Assembly (NCBI GenBank): GCA_902783245.1
Contig: CACZQF010000187.1
Location: 1-55,494, forward strand
DNA: 55,494 nucleotides
Origin: an uncultured Spirochaetaceae bacterium
GTDB lineage: Bacteria; Spirochaetota; Spirochaetia; Treponematales; Treponemataceae
Direction of reading: 5' to 3'
The position numbers were made by a program, and so were the translations under genes. The notes under the pieces are model-generated. The model ran no database searches. It was given only the letters and a program-made list of their open reading frames with translations, and was not told the DNA's origin. Positions 17,655 to 26,420 of the stretch are shown one piece after another (positions within the stretch are counted from its first letter, which is position 1; each line of letters starts with the position of its first letter).

Positions 17655-18996
17655 TAATAAAGTTTGTACCGTATCCTTTTTCTGACTCAACGGCAATGTT
17701 CCAGCCGTGTGTGTCGATGATGTTCTTGACTACAGCCAGCCCGATGCCCATTCCCTGCTCACGGCGAGAGTTCGTTCCCCGGTAGAACATGTCGAAAATA
17801 TGATCAACGTCCTCCGGTGCGATTCCCTGACCGGTATCCCGTATGGAAACAGAAACTGTTCCGTTATGTTCTTTTGCAGTAATAAATATATTGTCGTTGT
17901 CGTTTGAGTAACGTATGGCGTTGCTTGTCAGGTTTTCCAGTGCCCGTTGCAGCAGCTGCTTGTCAAATGGCACGCAGATGTCATCGCTGATACTGATATC
18001 GGTAATGATGTTCCGCTTGAATACCGTCGCGGTCATCTCGAAGGATTTTGCAAAATCAACGAGCATAGTGCGGAGCGGCTGTGAAACCAGCTTGTTCCGC
18101 CATTCGTTGCTGGACAGTTTTTCAAAGTTGATGAGCGTGTCGATCATGCCCTCAAGCTGGTTCGTCTTGTTGCTTATGATGTTCACCGCGTCTATTATAG
18201 CGTTCGGGTCGCTTGCTATACCGTCGGAGATAGCCTCCGTATATCCTTTTATAACGGCCACCGGCGTGCGCAGGTCATGGCTTATGCCCATGATAAACCG
18301 GGATCTGCGTTCACGGTCTTCTTTCAATGCCTGACGCATTTTTTCCAGATTTTCTGTAAGCGACGTGATTTCATTGCTGTCGCGGCGTCTGACGGGAAAT
18401 TTAAGCTGAGTGTCCAGATCACCTCCGGCGATACGCTGGGTGCGTTCCTCCAGAATCATGATGGAGCGTGAGACGGTGTTTGAGATAAGCACGATGGCAA
18501 AGATGCAGAGCAGCTCGAATGCCACGAGCAGATATAGTCCCGGCAGAATGAACTTAAAGGGCGGCCTCTGGCGGTGCGTATTGTTCTTGGGGGCCCGGCT
18601 CACCGCTATCAGCTCCGATCCTGTATCGGCTCCCGGAAACGAGACGATCTGATAAAAGTATTTGTTGCTTGTGTCCGCAATAATCGAAAGAAATTCGCCT
18701 TCACTGCATGAGTCACCCTGACAGACATCCGGAATTGTAGAGAACAGTATCTTCTCTTTGTTGAGAATAACCGCCACTTCCATGCTCGGGGGCAGACGGG
18801 AGATTTCTTCCTGAAGTGCTTCCCAGTTTTTGCTCGACAGCGGGTAGGGAGCCTTGGATTCGACGTTCTTAAACGTACGCATCAGCAGCCGCTCCGGGGA
18901 AGTCTGATACTGGTAGATGGGTACCGAAATCATAAGCAGCAGCGGCACGGTCACAATACCGATGATCAGAATTCTAAACTGGTTTTTGATTTTCAT
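17587..18996 (-). CDS. HAMP-domain sensor histidine kinase
   Basis: 2 TM, HAMP, H-box SHDLRTP, N-box NAIRY, DTGQGI, GMGIGLAV. Confidence 0.93.
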   Translation of the reverse strand: MKIKNQFRILIIGIVTVPLLLMISVPIYQYQTSPERLLMRTFKNVESKAPYPLSSKNWEALQEEISRLPPSMEVAVILNKEKILFSTIPDVCQGDSCSEGEFLSIIADTSNKYFYQIVSFPGADTGSELIAVSRAPKNNTHRQRPPFKFILPGLYLLVAFELLCIFAIVLISNTVSRSIMILEERTQRIAGGDLDTQLKFPVRRRDSNEITSLTENLEKMRQALKEDRERRSRFIMGISHDLRTPVAVIKGYTEAISDGIASDPNAIIDAVNIISNKTNQLEGMIDTLINFEKLSSNEWRNKLVSQPLRTMLVDFAKSFEMTATVFKRNIITDISISDDICVPFDKQLLQRALENLTSNAIRYSNDNDNIFITAKEHNGTVSVSIRDTGQGIAPEDVDHIFDMFYRGTNSRREQGMGIGLAVVKNIIDTHGWNIAVESEKGYGTNFIITIPVPQSEPQETDSTAEDLLL

Positions 18997-19000
18997 AATG

Positions 19001-19714
19001 TCAGCTGTTGCCCATGTTTTTTACGGTGCCCAGATCAAACCGATAGCCTAGTCCGAATATGGTCTTGATGTATTCGGGTGATGCGGGATCTTTTTCAATC
19101 TTTTTACGCAGCCGCTGTATATAGACTGCAACTGCCGTCAGGTCGCCGTACTGAGACTTCCAGACGCCGTTATAGATTTTTTCAGGAGACAGCGGTTCTC
19201 CCGCATTCCGTACAAGGAATTCCAGCACTTCATATTCTTTTGTGGAAAGCGGAACTTTTACCGCGCCCTGCTTGAGCACACAGCTGTTTACGAGCATGGT
19301 GTACGGGCCGAACCGGAGCGTTTCTTCTATGGCTGCCTCCGTCTCCGCGTGGCGCCGCAGGTTTGCCTGTACACGGGCAACAAGTACGCGCGGCGAGAAC
19401 GGTTTGGTCACAAATTCGTCTGCACCGATTCCAAGGCCCTGGATGATGTCCTCGTCAGCGTCCCGTGCGGAAACGATAATGACCGGAATAATAGGCTTGT
19501 ACTCTTTTCTGAACTGCTGAAGGAATTCAAAGCCGCTCATACCCGGAAGGTTGAGGTCGAGGATGATCAGATCAGGAACTTTTTGGTGGATGACCTCAAG
19601 GCCTTCCTCTGCTGTTCCGACGGTAGTGGTGTCCATCTCCGCTTTTGAAAGATATAGCGCGATAAGCTCTGCCATTTCCGGGACGTCTTCAATTATCAAT
19701 ATATTCGGCTTCAT
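19001..19714 (-). CDS. OmpR-family response regulator
   Basis: IEDV, LDLNLPGMSG, KPF, winged helix VYIQRLRKKIE...TIFGLGYRF. Confidence 0.95.
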   Translation of the reverse strand: MKPNILIIEDVPEMAELIALYLSKAEMDTTTVGTAEEGLEVIHQKVPDLIILDLNLPGMSGFEFLQQFRKEYKPIIPVIIVSARDADEDIIQGLGIGADEFVTKPFSPRVLVARVQANLRRHAETEAAIEETLRFGPYTMLVNSCVLKQGAVKVPLSTKEYEVLEFLVRNAGEPLSPEKIYNGVWKSQYGDLTAVAVYIQRLRKKIEKDPASPEYIKTIFGLGYRFDLGTVKNMGNS

Positions 19715-19956
19715 TTTTCTTATTTTCCTCTGAATTTAACAGTATCTCAAGTAAATAGAAAACTCAACTAAAAAAAATGTTATCATTTGTGTTATAACAG
19801 CATATTATGGAACCGGTGCTGTATGCTGCCGTGAAAATGAAAGCTGCACGAAGTTTTTTTTGTGAACAAAATTTAAACAGAATCCGTCCCGGTGTGTTTT
19901 TAATGAAATTTCATTTGCATGGCAGGCGAAAGTACGGACTCCTTTTTTTTTTCTGG

Positions 19957-19984
19957 TAAACACTGTACAATACCATACCGATAC
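19957..19984 (+). promoter_or_regulatory. Sigma28 (FliA)-like promoter of the fla operon
   Basis: TAAA-N16-ACCGATAC, ~90 nt upstream of flbD. Confidence 0.7.
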
Positions 19985-20073
19985 ATATTATGGAGACATG
20001 CAGTTATGAGGTTGTCTCTGAGCTGGCCGGATGGTTTTGCACCGCCGGGCTTTACGGGAGCTGAGATGTAACT

Positions 20074-20271
20074 ATGATAGATGTACAGCGGCTTGATGGA
20101 AAAAAGTACTGGATCAATCCCCATATGATAGAAAGTATGGAGCAGAATCCTGATCTGACGCTCACGATGCTTTCCGGAAAAAAGATCGTGATCCGGGAAA
20201 CCCCGGAGGCTCTGATACAGAAAATTGTGGCGTATCGTCGTAAAATAGGAATCGAAGCACAAGAGGGCTGA
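20074..20271 (+). CDS. flbD: Flagellar FlbD/SwrD family protein
   Basis: MIDVQRLDG...INPHMIESME.NPD...LSGKKIVIRE; directly upstream of motA. Confidence 0.88.
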   Translation: MIDVQRLDGKKYWINPHMIESMEQNPDLTLTMLSGKKIVIRETPEALIQKIVAYRRKIGIEAQEG

Positions 20272-20272
20272 A

Positions 20273-21055
20273 ATGGATATAGCAAGTATTATTGGTATTG
20301 TGGGTGGCGCGGCCATGATTGTTATGTCAGTTGTAACGTCTGGCGGTACGCTTGGTGGAATTATCGATATCCCGTCCATAGCTATGACGGTGGGCGGCTC
20401 ATACTTTGCAATGTTTATTGCATCACCGCTTAGCAAGGCGCTGAGCCTGTTTAAAATTATGGGCCGCGCGTTCAAAATTCCTGATTTTGGCGAAAAGCAG
20501 ATCGTACAGAATATGGTCGCGCTTTCTGAAAAAGCCCGCCGAGAGGGTATTCTTGCACTTGAAGACGGTCTTGACGATTTGGACGATGCATTCATGAAGA
20601 ACGGCCTGCGTCTGGTTGTTGACGGTACTGACGGAGCGGTTATCCGCAGTATTATGGAAAACGAGATGAACCAGATAGAAGCCCGTCATATGGAATGGAT
20701 CGGTATAGTCAATACATGGGCTGGTTTTGCGCCTGGTTTTGGTATGATGGGTACCGTTGTAGGTCTGATTGGTATGTTGAACAACCTTGAAGATAAGTCT
20801 TCTCTTGGTCCTAACATGGCTGTTGCTTTGATTACAACGCTGTATGGATCTATGATGGCGAACTGGCTTATCTCTCCGTTCTCCGCAAAGCTGCTTGCAC
20901 ATAACTCACAGGAAATGAAAACTAAGGAAATGGTGCTGGAAGGCGTTCTTGCAATACAGGCCGGTGAGAATCCCCGTATTATGGCTCAGAAACTGCTGAC
21001 GTATCTTGATCCGAAGATCAGGAAATCTATCGAAGCTGATGTTCTGAAAGACTAG
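20273..21055 (+). CDS. motA: Flagellar stator protein MotA (PomA/MotP-like)
   Basis: ARREGILALE, APGFGMMGTVVGL, MAVALITTLYG, IQAGENPR. Confidence 0.95.
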   Translation: MDIASIIGIVGGAAMIVMSVVTSGGTLGGIIDIPSIAMTVGGSYFAMFIASPLSKALSLFKIMGRAFKIPDFGEKQIVQNMVALSEKARREGILALEDGLDDLDDAFMKNGLRLVVDGTDGAVIRSIMENEMNQIEARHMEWIGIVNTWAGFAPGFGMMGTVVGLIGMLNNLEDKSSLGPNMAVALITTLYGSMMANWLISPFSAKLLAHNSQEMKTKEMVLEGVLAIQAGENPRIMAQKLLTYLDPKIRKSIEADVLKD

Positions 21056-21070
21056 AACAGGAATTGACTG

Positions 21071-21805
21071 ATGGGAAAGAAAGCTAAAGAGCCTGAGAAG
21101 CCGTCAGCGGCGTGGCAAGGTACATACGGCGACATGATTACATTGATGCTCTGCTTCTTTGTTATGTTGTACAACCCGTCGGAAACAGATGTTTCCCAGC
21201 TGCAGCAGATGGCGGCGGCCATGCAGCAGGAGGTTACCACTCCTGCGGATATACCTGCGGATATTGCCGGTAACGGCGGCGGTATTGCAGGTCTGGGCAA
21301 CAGTATTACTGCGCTGCCGTCACTGGAACGTGGTAAATTTCTGGGGCCTGTGCGCAAAAAAGCCGTAAGTCTGTTTGCTCCTGATGTACATACGAACAGG
21401 ATTACAATTACGAGCGATGAGCGCGGACTTGTCATTACGCTTGCGGCGGATTCATTCTTTACAGAAGGAAGCGCGGATCTGGATATTGATGATACGCGTG
21501 AAACGCTGCTGCGTCTGGCGAATTTTTTCAGTTCAGATGAAGTGAAGGGCAGAAGGTTCAGAATCGAAGGACATACGGATAATACACCGGTGCCGGAGGA
21601 TTCTGAGTTTGCAAGTAACTGGGAACTGTCGGCAGCGCGCTCTGCGAACGTGCTGCATTATCTGGCTGGGTTCGGCGTGGATGAAAACAACTTTTCTATT
21701 GCCGGCTATGCAGATACGCGCCCTCAGTTTTCAAATGATACGGTGGAAGGCCGGGCATATAACCGGCGTGTGGATATAATAATTCTGGACGAAGGACACT
21801 TTTAA
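21071..21805 (+). CDS. motB: Flagellar stator protein MotB
   Basis: WQGTYGDMITLMLCFFVML TM with conserved Asp; OmpA-like IEGHTDN, NWELSAARS, NRRVDI. Confidence 0.95.
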   Translation: MGKKAKEPEKPSAAWQGTYGDMITLMLCFFVMLYNPSETDVSQLQQMAAAMQQEVTTPADIPADIAGNGGGIAGLGNSITALPSLERGKFLGPVRKKAVSLFAPDVHTNRITITSDERGLVITLAADSFFTEGSADLDIDDTRETLLRLANFFSSDEVKGRRFRIEGHTDNTPVPEDSEFASNWELSAARSANVLHYLAGFGVDENNFSIAGYADTRPQFSNDTVEGRAYNRRVDIIILDEGHF

Positions 21806-21844
21806 TGGTAAGATTAAGTATTATGAATAATATGGAGGTAAAAA

Positions 21845-22393
21845 ATGGCAGATAATGACGGTGTGAATTTAGATGATGATGGCGCTGTGTCCGCTGCACC
21901 TCCAAAAAAAGGCGGTCTTGGGGCGCTCCTTCCTTCTTTGCTCAAATGGGTGGCGATAGGTCTCGGAGCGATAATCCTTATCGTGACCGTGGTTATTGTT
22001 ACCATGAAGATTATGGGCGGCAATACTGCCGCACAGACGGCTATCCCGATCAGTGAAGAATATACTGGCAAACGTGAGCTGCTTGACTGGTACACTTCTT
22101 TAGGTGTTGTCCGTGCAAAAACAAGCGATGCTATTTCCAGCAGCGTTACGGTTGAAGTGGTTCTCGGCTATAAAAAAGACGACAAGGCTACGGCATCCGA
22201 AATCACAGGCCGTACCATTGAGCTTAAGGATTTCCTCCGCCGTTATTTTACGGAAAAATCGGCAGCAGAGCTTAAGCCGCAGAATGAAGAAAAGCTGCGT
22301 ATTGAGCTTCGCAATGCTATCAATGATGATATTTTGAGCACGACCAAGATAAAGGACGTCCGGTTCTTGCAATTCGATGTAGTAGGACAGTAA
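21845..22393 (+). CDS. fliL: Flagellar basal body-associated protein FliL
   Basis: Single TM, FliL-type C-terminus (LRNAIND...IKDVRF); between motB and fliM. Confidence 0.88.
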   Translation: MADNDGVNLDDDGAVSAAPPKKGGLGALLPSLLKWVAIGLGAIILIVTVVIVTMKIMGGNTAAQTAIPISEEYTGKRELLDWYTSLGVVRAKTSDAISSSVTVEVVLGYKKDDKATASEITGRTIELKDFLRRYFTEKSAAELKPQNEEKLRIELRNAINDDILSTTKIKDVRFLQFDVVGQ

Positions 22394-22396
22394 CGC

Positions 22397-23431
22397 ATGA
22401 ATGAAGTTCTTTCGCAGGATGAGATAGATCAGCTGCTTACTGCCATCAGTTCCGGTGAGGCGGATACTGATGATTTTAAGCCGGTAAGTGATACTCGCAA
22501 GATTAAGATCTATGATTTTAAGCGTCCGGATAAATTCTCTAAGGAACAGATCCGTACGGTTTCAATCATGCATGAGACGTTTGCGCGTCTTACTACAACC
22601 AGCCTTTCTGCTCAGCTGCGGAGTATGGTTCATGTGCATGTTGCATCCGTTGATCAGCTGACCTACGAGGAATTTATCAGGTCTATTCCAACGCCTACTA
22701 CGCTTGCGGTCATTAATATGGATCCGTTGAAAGGTAATGCAGTTCTGGAAATCGATCCTACCATTACGTTTTCAATGATAGACCGTCTGTTCGGCGGCAA
22801 GGGTGCGACCACCGGTAATAAAAACCGTGATCTTACTGATATTGAGCAGTCCGTAATGGAAGGTATTATCGTACGTATTCTTGCGAATATGCGCGAGGCC
22901 TGGACTCAGGTTATAGATCTGCGTCCGCGTTTGGGACAGATAGAGACGAATCCTCAGTTTGCCCAGATCGTTCCGCCTACGGAAATGGTCGTTCTTGTTA
23001 CACTTGAGACAAAAGTCGGTGAGGAAGAGGGTATGATGAATTTCTGTATTCCATACCTGACGATTGAGCCGATTATTTCAAAGCTTTCGTCGCAGTTCTG
23101 GTTTTCTTCCGTGCGCAGAAGCTCTACAACCCAGTATCTGGGCATTCTTAAGGAAAAGCTTTCGGCAGTTGATATGGATGTTGTTGCAGAAGTTGGTTCT
23201 ATCCAGCTTCCCATCCGTGACGTACTTGCCCTGCAGGTGGGTGATGTTGTCCGTCTGTCAAACGTACGTGTAGGTGATCCGCTGATTTTGAACGTGGGTA
23301 ACAAGCCTAAGTTTTTCTGTCAGCCTGGTGTGGTCGGCAAAAAAATGGCTGTTCAGGTAACGGGAAAAATTGTCGAAGATGAAGACGATGAATTTGAAGA
23401 ATTATCTGTAGAAGGAGAAGAATCTGTATGA
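22397..23431 (+). CDS. fliM: Flagellar motor switch protein FliM
   Basis: VLSQDEIDQLL, YDFKRPDKFSKEQIR, C-terminal SpoA domain. Confidence 0.97.
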   Translation: MNEVLSQDEIDQLLTAISSGEADTDDFKPVSDTRKIKIYDFKRPDKFSKEQIRTVSIMHETFARLTTTSLSAQLRSMVHVHVASVDQLTYEEFIRSIPTPTTLAVINMDPLKGNAVLEIDPTITFSMIDRLFGGKGATTGNKNRDLTDIEQSVMEGIIVRILANMREAWTQVIDLRPRLGQIETNPQFAQIVPPTEMVVLVTLETKVGEEEGMMNFCIPYLTIEPIISKLSSQFWFSSVRRSSTTQYLGILKEKLSAVDMDVVAEVGSIQLPIRDVLALQVGDVVRLSNVRVGDPLILNVGNKPKFFCQPGVVGKKMAVQVTGKIVEDEDDEFEELSVEGEESV

Positions 23432-24543
23432 GTGATGGTGCTATATCACAGGCTGAAATTGACGCTCTGCTTGCAGGAGCGGACATAGGTGGCGGGTCAG
23501 GCGGTGGCGCACCAGCTGCGGCTCCTTCTGGTTCCGGTGGTAGTTCAATAAATGTTTCTGTATTGGGAAATTTTGCCAATCAGCTTAAGGATCCTCTGGC
23601 GGAAAACCTTAATAAGATGACCGGAGCGTCATTTACGTCCGGCTCACCTACTGTTGAGGTTATGACACGTGATTCTCTGCAGGCAAAGCTTCCTGAGATG
23701 GTCGTTGCTGTAATGGCGGATTTTTCAAATGCGCTTACCGGTGACCATATGTATCTGCTTGCACCCGAATTTGCCACAAAGCTTGCAAGCCTTATGACCA
23801 AAGAAGACAGCGTGGAGCTGGACGAGATGTCCATGTCAATCGTATCCGAGATTGTTTCAAAGCATACGAGCGCTGAAATAGATGAGCTTGACAAAACGGG
23901 CAAGCTCAAAGGACTGGCGTGTAATCCGGCAGAAGCTGTACATGTTCCTAAACCGATGGTACGGTGCCCGCAGGGTGAATTTGCGTTGTTCAGTTATCCG
24001 GTGACAGTGGAAGGTACTACCTATACGCTTATGGAAGCTGTGGCAGGCGATGCGTCAATCGGTATCGTGAACGCACTTACGCCGTCGGCTCAGCCGGCTC
24101 CTGCGGCAGCAGCTCCTGACATGGGAATGCTGGGCGGAATGGGCGGAGGTATGCCGATGATGGGTATGCCGGCAGGCGGAGGTATGCCGATGATGGGTGG
24201 TTCTATTAATCCGGCTATGAGTGCACCAAACGTTCAATCATTGCAGTTCCCGAACCTGCAGGGCGGTATGCCGTCCGCACAGCAGGGAAATATCGGTCTG
24301 ATCATGGATGTTTTCATGGAGATGACCGTAGAGCTGGGACGTACAAAAAAGCAGATAAAGGATATTCTCGGTATGGGTGAGGGAACGATCATCGAGCTTG
24401 ATAAGCTTGCTGGTGAGCCGGTGGATATTCTGGTGAACCATAAACCGATCGCCAAGGGTGAGGTTGTGGTCATTGATGAAAACTTCGGTGTACGTGTTAC
24501 AGAGATTCTGTCGCCGATGGAACGGGTGAATTCACTGCATTAA
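23428..24543 (+). CDS. fliY: Flagellar switch protein FliY (CheC-like + FliN domain)
   Basis: ISQAEIDALL CheY-binding peptide; FliN domain TVELGRT...KLAGEPVDILVN...GEVVVIDENFGVRV. Confidence 0.92.
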   Translation: MSDGAISQAEIDALLAGADIGGGSGGGAPAAAPSGSGGSSINVSVLGNFANQLKDPLAENLNKMTGASFTSGSPTVEVMTRDSLQAKLPEMVVAVMADFSNALTGDHMYLLAPEFATKLASLMTKEDSVELDEMSMSIVSEIVSKHTSAEIDELDKTGKLKGLACNPAEAVHVPKPMVRCPQGEFALFSYPVTVEGTTYTLMEAVAGDASIGIVNALTPSAQPAPAAAAPDMGMLGGMGGGMPMMGMPAGGGMPMMGGSINPAMSAPNVQSLQFPNLQGGMPSAQQGNIGLIMDVFMEMTVELGRTKKQIKDILGMGEGTIIELDKLAGEPVDILVNHKPIAKGEVVVIDENFGVRVTEILSPMERVNSLH

Positions 24544-24554
24544 ACTACATAACG

Positions 24555-24590
24555 ACCCCTCGGAAACTGATGTTTTCCGGGGGTTTTTAT
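24555..24590 (+). terminator. Intra-operon hairpin with T-tract after fliY
   Basis: ACCCCTCGGAAA-ctgatgt-TTTCCGGGGGT followed by TTTTAT. Confidence 0.6.
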
Positions 24591-24622
24591 AAATAACTTT
24601 TTATACGGGTGGGGAATAAAAA

Positions 24623-25282
24623 GTGAAGTTCTCAAAAATCATGGCAGTGCTGTGCTTGGCATGTGTATGTTGTATGCTGCCGGTTGCGGCACAGAATAGC
24701 CGTGCAGATGAAAGTTCTTTGACGCTGACGGAGGCTTCAGATGCTCCTCAGCAGGGACGGACTGATGAAACGGCTTTTAGAATCACGGATTCCGGTGGCC
24801 AGCAGCCTGCAGCGCCGGGCAGGTTTTCTACAGTATGGATTTTAATCCGCATGGTGCTTGTGCTGGCGTTTGTGCTGGCCTGTGTCTATGCGGTTATTTA
24901 TTTTATGCGCCAGGGCATGAAAACGGGCACTGATACTGATCCGTTCCTGCGGAGGGTATCTTCCCTGTCGCTGTCACCGGGTAAATCTGTACAGATTGTA
25001 ACGCTTCTTGACAACGCATATCTCATAGGTGTTACTGATAATTCGATTAATCTGATCGGACAAGTATCGGACAAAGAGCTTGTGGATGCCATGAACTTAT
25101 ATGCCGATCGTACGGCAAAGAATGATAAGCCTCGCACATTTAATGACATCCTTTCTCTGTTTATGAACAGCTCTTCTTCAGGAAAAACTATATTCAGCGG
25201 ATCTGCAAAGACTGCTTCTGACCTGCTGAAAAAGCAGCGTGAGCGTCTGCATGACAACGGGGATGAACATGAAAGTGAATAG
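24623..25282 (+). CDS. fliO: Flagellar biosynthesis protein FliO/FliZ
   Basis: Signal-like N-terminus, TM, LSLSPGKSVQIV...YLIGVTDNSINLI. Confidence 0.85.
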   Translation: MKFSKIMAVLCLACVCCMLPVAAQNSRADESSLTLTEASDAPQQGRTDETAFRITDSGGQQPAAPGRFSTVWILIRMVLVLAFVLACVYAVIYFMRQGMKTGTDTDPFLRRVSSLSLSPGKSVQIVTLLDNAYLIGVTDNSINLIGQVSDKELVDAMNLYADRTAKNDKPRTFNDILSLFMNSSSSGKTIFSGSAKTASDLLKKQRERLHDNGDEHESE

Positions 25283-26099
25283 ATGTGTCCGTTGTTTTTT
25301 GCTGATACTGGTGCTTTTCAGTACATTCCTTTTACCTGCTGCTGCTCAGAATTCGTCGTTTCCTTCGGGATCTACGCCCGGAACTACTGAAATGGGACGG
25401 ACGGTTAATTCTGCAACGATTCCAAATGTCAATTTGTCCATAACGCAGCCGCAGAGCGGTCGTGAGCTTGCTTTTTCAGTACAGCTGCTCGTTATGCTTA
25501 CCGTGCTGTCGCTGGCGCCGAGCCTGCTCATATTGCTTACCAGCTTCCTGCGTTTTTCAATCGTTCTTGACTTTATTAAGCGTGCGCTTTCGTTACAGCA
25601 GGTGCCGCCTACTTCTGTTCTGAACGGTATAGCTTTTTTTATGACTATATTCGTTATGTGGCCGGTGTTTTCCCAGGTATACAACAATGCGTTCCGTCCG
25701 TTGTCTGATGGCGAAATTACGATACAGCAGGCCTATGAGGAGGCAGAGGCTCCTGTCAGGATGTTTATGTATCGGCAGATGGAGCATAATAACAGCAATA
25801 TAGCCATGTTTATGAATATGGCCGGACTTGAAAAGCCGAGGACGCTGGCGGATGTACCTACATATGTACTTGTGCCGTCGTATATTCTTCATGAGCTGAC
25901 GGTTGCATTTAAAATAGGTATTATGCTTTATATTCCCTTTATCATAATAGACATGGTGGTGGCGAGTATACTCATGTCCATGGGTATGATGATGCTTCCG
26001 CCTGTCCAGATATCTATGCCGTTTAAGCTGATGCTGTTTGTGCTTGTTGACGGCTGGGGATTGCTGACTCAGCAGCTGTTTAATTCTGTTATACGATAA
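25269..26099 (+). CDS. fliP: Flagellar export gate protein FliP
   Basis: LTVLSLAPS, ALSLQQVPP, MGMMMLPP, PFKLMLFVLVDGW; start uncertain (25263 or 25269). Confidence 0.96.
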   Translation: MKVNRCVRCFLLILVLFSTFLLPAAAQNSSFPSGSTPGTTEMGRTVNSATIPNVNLSITQPQSGRELAFSVQLLVMLTVLSLAPSLLILLTSFLRFSIVLDFIKRALSLQQVPPTSVLNGIAFFMTIFVMWPVFSQVYNNAFRPLSDGEITIQQAYEEAEAPVRMFMYRQMEHNNSNIAMFMNMAGLEKPRTLADVPTYVLVPSYILHELTVAFKIGIMLYIPFIIIDMVVASILMSMGMMMLPPVQISMPFKLMLFVLVDGWGLLTQQLFNSVIR

Positions 26100-26111
26100 A
26101 AGGAGCATGCT

Positions 26112-26381
26112 ATGTCCATAGATCAGATCGTTCTTTTGATGCGCGGCGGTATTTTCCATGTTTTTATGCTTGCGTCTCCTGTTTTAGCTGCCGCACTGAT
26201 CATTGGTCTTGTGGTCGCTATTTTTCAGGCGACTACGTCCATACAGGAACAGACGCTTACGTTTCTGCCCAAAATGTTAGTCATGCTTGCAGTGCTTGCG
26301 CTGCTGGGCGGTTGGATGTTTCAGACGCTTGCAGAGTATACTAGAAATCTGCTGCATATGATTCCTCAGATGGCGCAATAG
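26112..26381 (+). CDS. fliQ: Flagellar export gate protein FliQ
   Basis: IFQATTSIQEQTLTFLPK. Confidence 0.96.
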   Translation: MSIDQIVLLMRGGIFHVFMLASPVLAAALIIGLVVAIFQATTSIQEQTLTFLPKMLVMLAVLALLGGWMFQTLAEYTRNLLHMIPQMAQ

Positions 26382-26420
26382 TACGCGTCTGCGTGCGATC
26401 GCGTATGGTAGACCGTATTT

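Noticed and set aside
19778-19808. TGTTAT direct repeats as an OmpR-type box
   Set aside because: Spacing of 12-13 nt rather than 10-11, in an AT-rich context
19943-19952. T10 tract as a phase-variation switch
   Set aside because: Lies upstream of the -35 box, not in the spacer or a CDS; no evidence of length variation
19900-20595. 231-aa minus-strand ORF across the fla promoter
   Set aside because: Antisense to flbD/motA; no motifs or RBS
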